Assembly: GCA_964500995.1 (NCBI GenBank)
Contig: CAZCRC010000001.1
Location: 1 to 54,821, forward strand
Origin: an uncultured Actinomycetes bacterium
Lineage (GTDB): Bacteria > Actinomycetota > Actinomycetes > S36-B12 > GCA-2699445
DNA length: 54,821 nucleotides
Direction: 5' to 3'
Part shown: piece after piece, positions 34,284-41,602 of the stretch
Position numbering within the stretch: the first letter of the stretch is position 1
Layout: the number at the start of each line of letters is the position of its first letter
Notes under the pieces: generated by a model
Databases searched by the model: none
What the model was told of the DNA's origin: nothing
Seen by the model: the letters and a program-made list of their open reading frames with translations, nothing else
Made by a program: the position numbers and the translations under genes

Positions 34284-35891
34284 TCAGAGGACGTAGGCGA
34301 TGATCAGGTAGATGGCTACGAAGACGGCCGCGAAAACCAGCAGTCGCTTGACGGTCTCCTTTGTGGCGGAACCACCCGGCTCGGCGGCGGCGTCGGCTGC
34401 GGCCTGCTCCGCGACCGGTGCCCGACCGCCGGGGTGGCGCAAAGCCGCAACGGCAGCAAGGAGCAGCATCCCAGCCATCGCGTAGATGACGATCGACAGC
34501 GCTGTAGCGAAGTCCCCAGGCACGGCCGCCAGGAAGGACTGTGCGCCCGCCGGCAGATTCGCCATGGTGCCAGCCGCACCGCCACTGGTCTGACCGCTCG
34601 CCGAAGCCACCAGCGTCTCGGCCTGCTGCTGGTTCAGCCCGTTCTGTTGGGCACTTCCAGCCAGGTCCGACGCGATCCCGTTGGACATCACCGATCCGAG
34701 GATCGCGAATCCCAACGCCGACGCGTAGTTACGCACGGTCTGCGTGATGCCGGTGACCTCGCCGTACGTCGCGTCAATCGCGCGGTTCACGGCGTCGGTG
34801 CTTGCCGGGCCCAACATCAGGCCAACACCGAAGCCACCCACAGCGATCCACGGCGTGACCGCACCGGCGTTGAGGGACCCAGCGTTGAACGCCCAACCCG
34901 CGTAGCCGATCGCGCCAATGACACCGCCCACCAGCATCGGCAGTTTGGAGCCTTTGCGATCCAGGATCGCCCCGCCGATCTGGGATGCGATGACGAATCC
35001 GATGAAGTACCACATCAGAAAGAGGCCAGCCTCTTGCGCGCTGTACCCCAGCGCGGCTTGGGCGTAGACGCTCAGGAAGAAGAACACCGGCACGAAGGCC
35101 ATGGACATGAAGAACAGCACCGCGTTGTCCGCCTGGAACGCCCGGTCGGCGAAGATCTTCATCTTGATGAGTGGGTACTGCCGTCCCAACTCGTACCGCA
35201 CGAAGGCGATCAGGACTACCAGGCCGCCGACGATGCACGACCACGTCAGCGGGCTGCTCCACCCCCATGAACCGGCCTGCTGGAAGCCGAGCACGGACAG
35301 GCCCATGCCGACGATGGTCAGCAACGCGCCGATCCAATCGATCGGTTCGTCGCGGCGTTCGGTCGTGGGCTTGGCGATGGCGGTGAGGATCAGGGCGATG
35401 ATCGCGATGGGGATGTTGACCCAGAAGATCGACCGCCAGTTCCAGTCCACCAGGTATCCGCCGACGATCGGTCCGATCGCGGTGAGGCCTCCGGTGATGG
35501 CGAAGAACAAGGCCAGCGCCCGGCCGCGGCCGGCCGGTGGAAAGGCGGCGACGACGATGGCCAAGGCTGCAGGGAACAGCATCGCCGCACCGACGCCTTC
35601 GACGACCCGCCAGCCGATCAGCCACGCCGCCGCGATGTTGCCACTCGGAGTCAGGCCGCACATCAGCGACGAGAAGGCGAACACGATGGTGCCAATGATG
35701 ACCATCCGCCGGTGCCCGTAGACATCCGCCACCCGACCCATCAGCGCGAACGTCGCCGCCAAGCCCAGCAGGTACCCGTTGACCACCCACTGCACCGCGT
35801 CGTCGGAGATCCCCAGATCGGACTCGATCACCGGAGCACCGATCGACACGATGGTCATGTCGATGAACGTCATGCCCGTGGCGAACACCAT
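34284..35891 (-). CDS. MFS transporter, DHA2 (14-TMS, EmrB/QacA-like) family; 5' end apparently frameshifted
   Basis: FIDMTIVSIGAPVIESDLGISDDAVQWVVNGYLLGLAATFALMGRVADVYGHRRM and 14 hydrophobic segments. ATG 35891 sits inside predicted TM1. The open frame continues upstream (KGRYLALTA) with no start codon. An ATG at 35968 lies in a different frame. Confidence 0.8.
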   Translation of the reverse strand: MVFATGMTFIDMTIVSIGAPVIESDLGISDDAVQWVVNGYLLGLAATFALMGRVADVYGHRRMVIIGTIVFAFSSLMCGLTPSGNIAAAWLIGWRVVEGVGAAMLFPAALAIVVAAFPPAGRGRALALFFAITGGLTAIGPIVGGYLVDWNWRSIFWVNIPIAIIALILTAIAKPTTERRDEPIDWIGALLTIVGMGLSVLGFQQAGSWGWSSPLTWSCIVGGLVVLIAFVRYELGRQYPLIKMKIFADRAFQADNAVLFFMSMAFVPVFFFLSVYAQAALGYSAQEAGLFLMWYFIGFVIASQIGGAILDRKGSKLPMLVGGVIGAIGYAGWAFNAGSLNAGAVTPWIAVGGFGVGLMLGPASTDAVNRAIDATYGEVTGITQTVRNYASALGFAILGSVMSNGIASDLAGSAQQNGLNQQQAETLVASASGQTSGGAAGTMANLPAGAQSFLAAVPGDFATALSIVIYAMAGMLLLAAVAALRHPGGRAPVAEQAAADAAAEPGGSATKETVKRLLVFAAVFVAIYLIIAYVL

Positions 35892-36041
35892 CGCGGTCAG
35901 CGCCAGGTAGCGCCCCTTCTGTGCCGCCTCGGCGCTAGCGGGTGCGACGGGGAGTCCTGACTCGTCATGCGGCCCATGCTGACGTATCCGTGGGGCGCGG
36001 CGCGCGTTGATTCGGCAGGGTGATCCTGTCGGAGAGCACGC

Positions 36042-37550
36042 TCAGGCGGGCTCGGCGACTCCGAGGAGGGTGGCACGGGCCAGTCGTTCGAGCAGGGCCG
36101 GGTCGGGCTCCTTGATCCCTCCGGCCATCATCTCCAGCGGGTCGAGCGTTGCCCGCGCGCCGCCGTGTGCCTGCATCGGGCTGACTGGCGCGTGGCCGTC
36201 GGCGCGCCAGCCGCGGTCGGTCAGTATCTGCGCCACACCCGCATCGAGGTCGGCACCCCTGGCCCCGGCGGCCCTGCCGAGTAGCGCGAACCATCCCGCC
36301 TCCACCTGGAACCCCTTGCCCAGCGGGAGTCGTGAGAGAACCGTGACGACCATCTCGCGGGGGTCTCCGGCCACCGCGCGGGCACGAGCGGTCGGGGTCA
36401 GCGTGCCCTTGGCCTTGCGCAACAGACCCACGTCCTGCGCGGCCTGACGAAGTGCGGCGACCGGCCAGGTCAGGTCCTCCCGGTTGGCCTTGCCGATCCA
36501 CCAGTCCGACACCCCCGCTGAGTCGGCGATCTGCTCGACCACGGTCGGTGGCAGATAGCCGGCCGCGGTCAGTTTCGTCCCCGAGCCGATGGCGTCCAGC
36601 ACCGCCAGCCAAGGCCGCGCCGCACGGCGGGCGTCCTGCTCGCCCAACTCGACCGGCAAGCGCGGCCCCAGGGCTGCCAGCCAGGGGTCCACGCGCGCCC
36701 ACCCGTCGCCGTGCAGCCCGGTGATCAGGTCTGCCAGCGGGTCGGGCAGGCCATGCCAGGGCAGGTGCTCACCCCTGGCCCACCGTCCCATCGCTGCGGT
36801 CGCCTCGGCGGCGTCGAACACGTCAGGGTCGTAGCCGAGGGGCAGCCAATCGTGAGCGTGTTCGGCGTTGTCGAACGGCTCCGGGACGTCGCCGGCAGGG
36901 GCACCGGCACGAAGCCACCTGGCGATCTCGTTGTAGCCGCCGACTCCGCCGACATCCTCTGGCGGGCACGCTCTCGCCCCGCCCAGACACCTCGGTTCCC
37001 GACCGTCCGGTGTGATCGGGGCCACCGACTCCAGGGTGACCCGGTGCTCCCAGCCGTCACCGAAGTCATACAGATAGGTCAGCTGATCCCCGGGGACCCG
37101 CAGCACCTGATCCAACCGGACGCCGTCCTCCCGGGTGCCCTCGTCACCCTCCTCCTCGTCGAACTCGGTGATGAAGTACGGCTCGGCGTAGCCGCGGCCA
37201 TCGCCGGGCTGGAATCGGTGCAGATGCGAGTCCGTCCAGCCCATGGCTGCCTGGAACAGGGTGTGCACCACGTCCAGGGTGAGATCCCCCGGCAGCGACA
37301 CGCGCCGCCAGATCCTCGGCTTGGCCCCCCGCAATTCAATGGTCAGCGTCAACAGGCTCGGCTCATCCGGCGGCGGCGCCACCTCGATCTCCCGGTTGCC
37401 CGGACTGGACTCGCCGAACGACCCCATACCTCCCAGCAGCGCTCCGCTGGTCAGTTGCTGCGCCAACGCCATCAACTCTTCCCGAGGCAAGCCCTCGATC
37501 CAGGCCTTCAGCGCAGCAGGGTCCGATGGCACAGGTGTCAGGTGGCTCAC
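36042..37550 (-). CDS. Plasmid pRiA4b ORF-3-like (PRiA4_ORF3 / MM3350-like) domain protein
   Basis: LTLTIELRGAKPRIWRRVSLPGDLTLDVVHTLFQAAMGWTDSHLHRF...LTYLYDFGDGWEHRVTLE. Start placed at GTG 37550 so that it does not overlap the upstream gene. The track ORF extends to 37706. Confidence 0.65.
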   Translation of the reverse strand: MSHLTPVPSDPAALKAWIEGLPREELMALAQQLTSGALLGGMGSFGESSPGNREIEVAPPPDEPSLLTLTIELRGAKPRIWRRVSLPGDLTLDVVHTLFQAAMGWTDSHLHRFQPGDGRGYAEPYFITEFDEEEGDEGTREDGVRLDQVLRVPGDQLTYLYDFGDGWEHRVTLESVAPITPDGREPRCLGGARACPPEDVGGVGGYNEIARWLRAGAPAGDVPEPFDNAEHAHDWLPLGYDPDVFDAAEATAAMGRWARGEHLPWHGLPDPLADLITGLHGDGWARVDPWLAALGPRLPVELGEQDARRAARPWLAVLDAIGSGTKLTAAGYLPPTVVEQIADSAGVSDWWIGKANREDLTWPVAALRQAAQDVGLLRKAKGTLTPTARARAVAGDPREMVVTVLSRLPLGKGFQVEAGWFALLGRAAGARGADLDAGVAQILTDRGWRADGHAPVSPMQAHGGARATLDPLEMMAGGIKEPDPALLERLARATLLGVAEPA

Positions 37551-37593
37551 CGTGCCAGTGAACCAGCCGGAGTCACCCTCACCAAGCGCAGCG

Positions 37594-37857
37594 TCACGGC
37601 AGTGTTGGCTCCCGGTTGTCGACCGTGAACTGACGAGCGGCATCTTCGTCGACCAAGCCCCACTCCACCAGCCAGCCGACGGCACGGGATCTGGCCCGTG
37701 AATCACGAAAGGACTGCGAGGCCGAGATCAGCTCCGGGTGACCTTGGTACAGAGTGTTGCGGAACCTTCTGAACGCTCCCTTGCCCGCCAGCGCACGGCT
37801 CAGGCGGCGTCCTATGGCGATCTCGTCAATATCGATGCCGGCCAGGTCGAGCACCAC
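37594..37857 (-). CDS. UPF0158-like protein, short (possibly N-terminally truncated)
   Basis: LAGKGAFRRFRNTLYQ...RAVGWLVEWGL matches the C-terminal signature of UPF0158 proteins as I remember them (about 150 aa). Only 87 aa are encoded here. Confidence 0.5.
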   Translation of the reverse strand: MVLDLAGIDIDEIAIGRRLSRALAGKGAFRRFRNTLYQGHPELISASQSFRDSRARSRAVGWLVEWGLVDEDAARQFTVDNREPTLP

Positions 37858-37940
37858 GTCAGCCTACGACGGGCACCGCCACACGATCCTGGCGAACAGT
37901 GCCGCACTCCGAGCACGATTGCGTTCGTCAACCGCAGTCC

Positions 37941-37956
37941 GTACAGTTTTCTGTAC
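37941..37956. promoter_or_regulatory. Palindromic candidate YefM-YoeB operator
   Basis: gtacag-tttt-ctgtac is a 6-4-6 palindrome containing TGTACA (37952-37957). It lies immediately upstream of the AGGAGGG RBS (37957-37963) and ATG 37968. TGTACA cores are the known E. coli yefM-yoeB operator motif. Confidence 0.5.
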
Positions 37957-37967
37957 AGGAGGGCCGA

Positions 37968-38225
37968 ATGAAGACGATGAGTTACACGGAGTCGCGCGCT
38001 CGATATGCGGAGATGCTTGATGGCGTTATCAACGATCGCGAAGAAGTGGTCATCACTCGCGCCGGCCACGAGCCTGTGGTCGTGGTCTCCCTCGAAGACT
38101 ACGAATCCCTGAAGGAGACGGCCTACTTGATGCGTTCGCCTGCCAACGCTCGCCGCCTGCTCGATGCGATGGAGCGACTGGAGGCCGGCGGGGGCATTGC
38201 TCACGACTTGGCCGAGACCGACTGA
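37968..38225 (+). CDS. yefM: Type II antitoxin YefM (Phd/YefM family)
   Basis: MKTMSYTESRARYAEMLDGVINDREEVVITRAGHEPVVVVSLEDYESLKETAYLMRSPANARRLL. Confidence 0.88.
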   Translation: MKTMSYTESRARYAEMLDGVINDREEVVITRAGHEPVVVVSLEDYESLKETAYLMRSPANARRLLDAMERLEAGGGIAHDLAETD

Positions 38226-38226
38226 C

Positions 38227-38484
38227 GTGCTGCTGGTGTGGGACGAGAACGCCTGGGAGGACTGCCTGTGGTGGCAAGCCCAAGACCGCCGGGTCCTGAA
38301 GCGCATCAACAGCCTGCTGGCTGACATCCAGCGAAACGGCAACGACGGCATCGGCAAGCCCGAGGCGCTCAAGCACGATTTCGCCGGGTACTGGTCGCGA
38401 CGCATCACCGATGAACACCGGCTCGTGTACAAGATCGCCGGGGACGAAGTGCGTATCGCCGCATGCCGCTACCACTACGGATAG
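38227..38484 (+). CDS. yoeB: Type II toxin YoeB (Txe/YoeB mRNA interferase)
   Basis: GTG lies 1 nt after the yefM stop. LLVWDENAWEDCLWWQAQDRRVLKRINSLLADIQRNG...GKPEALKHDFAGYWSRRITDEHRLVYKIAGDEVRIAACRYHY. Confidence 0.88.
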   Translation: MLLVWDENAWEDCLWWQAQDRRVLKRINSLLADIQRNGNDGIGKPEALKHDFAGYWSRRITDEHRLVYKIAGDEVRIAACRYHYG

Positions 38485-38527
38485 CCCCGAGTGGACGACC
38501 AGGCCCTCGCGTTGATGGACTGGCTCC

Positions 38528-39037
38528 ATGCCCGATCGAGTTATTGAGCGAATGACCGACAGCGCGACTATGACCAGCACCGATTCCACGGTGGCGGACG
38601 TGGAGCGGCAACTCACGACGGTCCTGGCTGCCTGGGGTGCGGGATCGGTTCTGGTGGGCGGCCTCCTCTGGGGATCGGGGGGCGAGGACCGCCGCGGCGC
38701 CTTCGGTCGCCAGACGGCAGCTTGGGGTGCCATCGACCTGGCGATCGCGGGACTTGGACTCGTGCGCGCGCGGCGTCGACACGGGGATCCGGACGACGCC
38801 GAACGACGACGGCTGCGCCGCGCGCTCGTGATCAACAGCGTCCTCGACGTCGGCTACGTGGCGACCGGCGTCGCGCTGATAACCCACGCCGACCGCATTG
38901 CTGACTCATTCCCAGCGAGGCGCTCTGGCCGTCGATATCGCGCCGACGAACTGCGCGGCGATGGGGCGGCGGTCATCACACAGGGAGCGTTTCTGCTGCT
39001 GCTGGACACGACCTTTGCGATCCGACTCAGGGCCTAG
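38528..39037 (+). CDS. Hypothetical membrane protein
   Basis: Four hydrophobic segments (LTTVLAAWGAGSVLVGGLLWG, AAWGAIDLAIAGLGLV, LVINSVLDVGYVATGVALI, AVITQGAFLLLLDTTFAI). The start is uncertain. Confidence 0.5.
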   Translation: MPDRVIERMTDSATMTSTDSTVADVERQLTTVLAAWGAGSVLVGGLLWGSGGEDRRGAFGRQTAAWGAIDLAIAGLGLVRARRRHGDPDDAERRRLRRALVINSVLDVGYVATGVALITHADRIADSFPARRSGRRYRADELRGDGAAVITQGAFLLLLDTTFAIRLRA

Positions 39038-39110
39038 AGCCCGGCAGAGTTGCAGCCCGCACCTGTGGAGAACTCTCCATGGTTCGGCGGCGCCTTCCTA
39101 CGCTCGGCCC

Positions 39111-39449
39111 ATGCGAAACCACTTCCACCAGACCGGTCCTTTCATCGATGCCAACGGTTGCCTTGCAGAGCGCGAGTTCATCGACGGCGTGCCGGTGATC
39201 GTCCACTACGACGACATCCCTGAGTCGGACATCACTACCGTTCAGGGTGTCCGTTGCACGACGGCGCTGCGCACGATCATCGATATTGCACCTGAACTCA
39301 GCACCGCCGATCTCAACGCAATCCTGCGAGAGTTCCTCCAGCGAAGGTTGTTCACTCCGCAAGAGGCCATCGAACGGGTGAGCAGGCCCGACATGACGAA
39401 TCGCGCCGGAGCGCAGTTGCTGCGTCGGGCCCTGGAGGCAGCACCGTAG
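39111..39449 (+). CDS. Small protein resembling the C-terminal part of AbiEi-type antitoxin-domain proteins (orphan fragment?)
   Basis: ATG 39111. DITTVQGVRCTTALRTIIDIAPEL resembles the conserved block (v.G..vTs..RTl.Dla) of AbiEi-like proteins. No N-terminal wHTH and no adjacent AbiEii gene. Confidence 0.4.
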   Translation: MRNHFHQTGPFIDANGCLAEREFIDGVPVIVHYDDIPESDITTVQGVRCTTALRTIIDIAPELSTADLNAILREFLQRRLFTPQEAIERVSRPDMTNRAGAQLLRRALEAAP

Positions 39450-39608
39450 AACTCGACTCGGATACCCCCTCACTTGCCGGGACTGCAGCCCCCAGGGTGA
39501 ACGGCCCCCGCCTCCCGGTGACGCCTCACGTCGCTTCCGGTCCGGAATCAGCCGGGAACCGACGCCACGGGTCCACCGGAGCCGGTTCGGAACTTCGGCT
39601 CTTCTGCT

Positions 39609-40096
39609 CTACTGCCGAAGTCCCTCCCGGCGGTCGGTCGTCGCGGGATCAGCGGGGACGGCTGGGGTCCGAGGCCAGCTCCAGGCGCAGCGCAGGATGA
39701 AGGCCAGGATCAGCACCTCGACTCCGATCGTGAGGGCGTAGTAGAAGACCCAGTCCGAGGACGCGCCTGCCACGTTGAACACCATGATCGGGATGTAGAT
39801 CGAAGCCACGACCAGGTTCGTGGCGCGGTTCACCCGCGGGGGCAGCGTCACGGACAGCATCACCATCAGGGCCGGGATCGCGATGATCACAAAGAAGCTG
39901 GACATCAAGGTCGCGCTGATATCGAACTCAAGATCACCCCACCTCGGATTTCGTCGATTTCGCCGGGTTGGTACAGGTGGAAGTAGTCGATGTAGATGAC
40001 CAGGAACATCAGGCTGGTCCACGCGGCAGCGAGCTTGACCTGCACCGGGATCGGCGGGTTGTCGAGTTGATGCGGGGTGGCTGCTCGGATGGCCAT
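39609..40096 (-). pseudogene. Small 4-TM membrane protein gene (DUF6326-type as I recall the family) split by a frameshift
   Basis: GAGGAG lies before ATG 40096. Frame A reads MAIRAATPHQLDNPPIPVQVKLAAAWTSLMFLVIYIDYFHLYQPGEIDEIRGG... and stops at 39904. Frame B continues ...DLEFDISATLMSSFFVIIAIPALMVMLSVTLPPRVNRATNLVVASIYIPIMVFNVAGASSDWVFYYALTIGVEVLILAFILRCAWSWP. Adding one base to the CCCC run at 39937-39940 joins them as IRGGGDLEFDIS. Confidence 0.65.
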
Positions 40097-40118
40097 CGTC
40101 TCCTCTTTCGTTCGTATT

Positions 40119-40163
40119 CGTACACTGTACGTCGTACACCGTACTATGAACGTACACTGTACG
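40119..40163. promoter_or_regulatory. Two identical 13-bp palindromes, candidate TetR operators
   Basis: cgtacaCtgtacg occurs at 40119-40131 and again at 40151-40163, with a degenerate gtacaccgtac between them. They lie in the 104-bp divergent spacer between the membrane-protein gene and the TetR gene. Confidence 0.55.
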
Positions 40164-40200
40164 GTTGTCAAGCCATCGGCAGGCGAGGAGAGCCGTGACC

Positions 40201-40869
40201 ATGAGCAGGGAGCGCCAGGCCGCGTCAGACGCTGGACTGAGCAAGCAGCGAGTGGTGCTTGAGGCAATCCGGCTTGCCGACCGGGAAGGGGTGGACGGAC
40301 TCAGCATGCGCCGGTTGGCCGGCTCACTCGACGCGGGCGCGATGTCGCTGTACCACTACGTGGCGAACAAGGACGAGTTGCTGGACGCCATGATCGACGT
40401 CGTCTTCGACGAGATCGAACTTCCCCCCGAGGACACCGACTGGCAGACGGCAATGCGACAGCGAACGATCTCCGCCCGACAGGTTCTCGCACGCCACCCG
40501 TGGGCTGTCGGCCTGATGGAGTCGCGGACCTCGCCGGGGCCCGCGCACCTGCGCCACCGCGAAGCGGTCACCGCCTGCCTGCGCAGGGCTGGCTTCTCGG
40601 TTCTGATGGCGACGCACGCCAACTGGCTGCTCGACGTCTACGTGTACGGGTTCGCCCTGCAGGAAGCGAGCCTGCCGTTCGACAGCGCTGGCGAGTTCGC
40701 GGACATGGCCGAGGATGTCTACCTGCCTCAGCTTCCTGCTGACGAGTTCCCCTTCCTCAACGAGTCCGCCGCGGCGCTCGTGGCGGCTGGCTATGACCCG
40801 GCCGACGAGTTCATGTTCGGGCTAGACCTCATCCTCACCGCCCTCGAGCCCCTGCGAACCTCCACGTAG
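40201..40869 (+). CDS. TetR/AcrR family transcriptional regulator
   Basis: GAGGAG at 40185-40190. HTH region VVLEAIRLADREGVDGLSMRRLAGSLDAGAMSLYHYVANKDELLDAM and a TetR C-terminal-like helical domain. Confidence 0.85.
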   Translation: MSRERQAASDAGLSKQRVVLEAIRLADREGVDGLSMRRLAGSLDAGAMSLYHYVANKDELLDAMIDVVFDEIELPPEDTDWQTAMRQRTISARQVLARHPWAVGLMESRTSPGPAHLRHREAVTACLRRAGFSVLMATHANWLLDVYVYGFALQEASLPFDSAGEFADMAEDVYLPQLPADEFPFLNESAAALVAAGYDPADEFMFGLDLILTALEPLRTST

Positions 40870-40892
40870 CGAAGACCGCACGTCCAGCCAGC

Positions 40893-41584
40893 TCAGAACC
40901 AGATCGCCGCGGGCAGTCCGTCCGAGAACTCCTCGGGTGGATCCGGCAACGACACCGCCTGCCGTCGCGCGACGCGCATTGCGGTCCAGGCGACCACTGC
41001 GGCATCGAGGACGTCGTCTGGGGCGGCATGCCCGCCCAGAACCCCAAGGTCCTTCGACAGCTCCAGACCCACAGATTCAAGCAATCGCGTTCGTTCCTGG
41101 AACCCAGCCCACGTCTTCTTCGAACCGGTCACGGTCGTGCCATTGATGGCGGCAAAGCTGACCTCGGGGTGCACCTCGACCACGCGACAGGGTGCATGAG
41201 GTAGCCATGCGTCGACATCCAGGATCTTCCTGCCCAGCGCGAACGCCTGCTTGGACATGCCCGCCCCCGTCAACTCCCGGTGTAGTGCCAGAGCCCGCTG
41301 GTAGTCCACCTCTGTTAGCGCACGACGCGTCGGTGTGCTGAACACCGATGATGCCCGGCCGCTCAGCCGCTGGCGTGCCAACCGGTCAGCCATACGCGCT
41401 TGCGAATCAGGAAGACCGATCGGGATGTCGATCCCCACACAGGACAGCGAAGGACCACTGACGAAAGCCCACCCACGACTTCGCTCACATCTCGGCCGAA
41501 CACTGGGATGATCCGCCTGCCCGACCAGCCGATGCCAGCCCAACCTCCCTTGCAGGAGTCCAGGCCCAATACCCACGTCACCAC
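40893..41584 (-). pseudogene. DUF429 (predicted RNase H-fold) gene split by a frameshift
   Basis: One frame reads MVTWVLGLDSCKGGWAGIGWSGRRIIPVFGRDVSEVVGG..., the typical DUF429 N-terminus. A second frame reads ...SLSCVGIDIPIGLPDS...VVEVHPEVSF...PDDVLDAAVVAWTA. One added base between about 41445 and 41475 (CC/CCC runs) fuses them. Confidence 0.65.
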
Positions 41585-41602
41585 ATAGCCCTCAAACCTG
41601 AC

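Noticed and set aside
39579-39601. Short hairpin gagccg-N11-cggctc followed by a T-rich stretch after the DUF6326-type gene.
   Set aside because: The stem is only 6 bp with an 11-nt loop, too weak to call a terminator.
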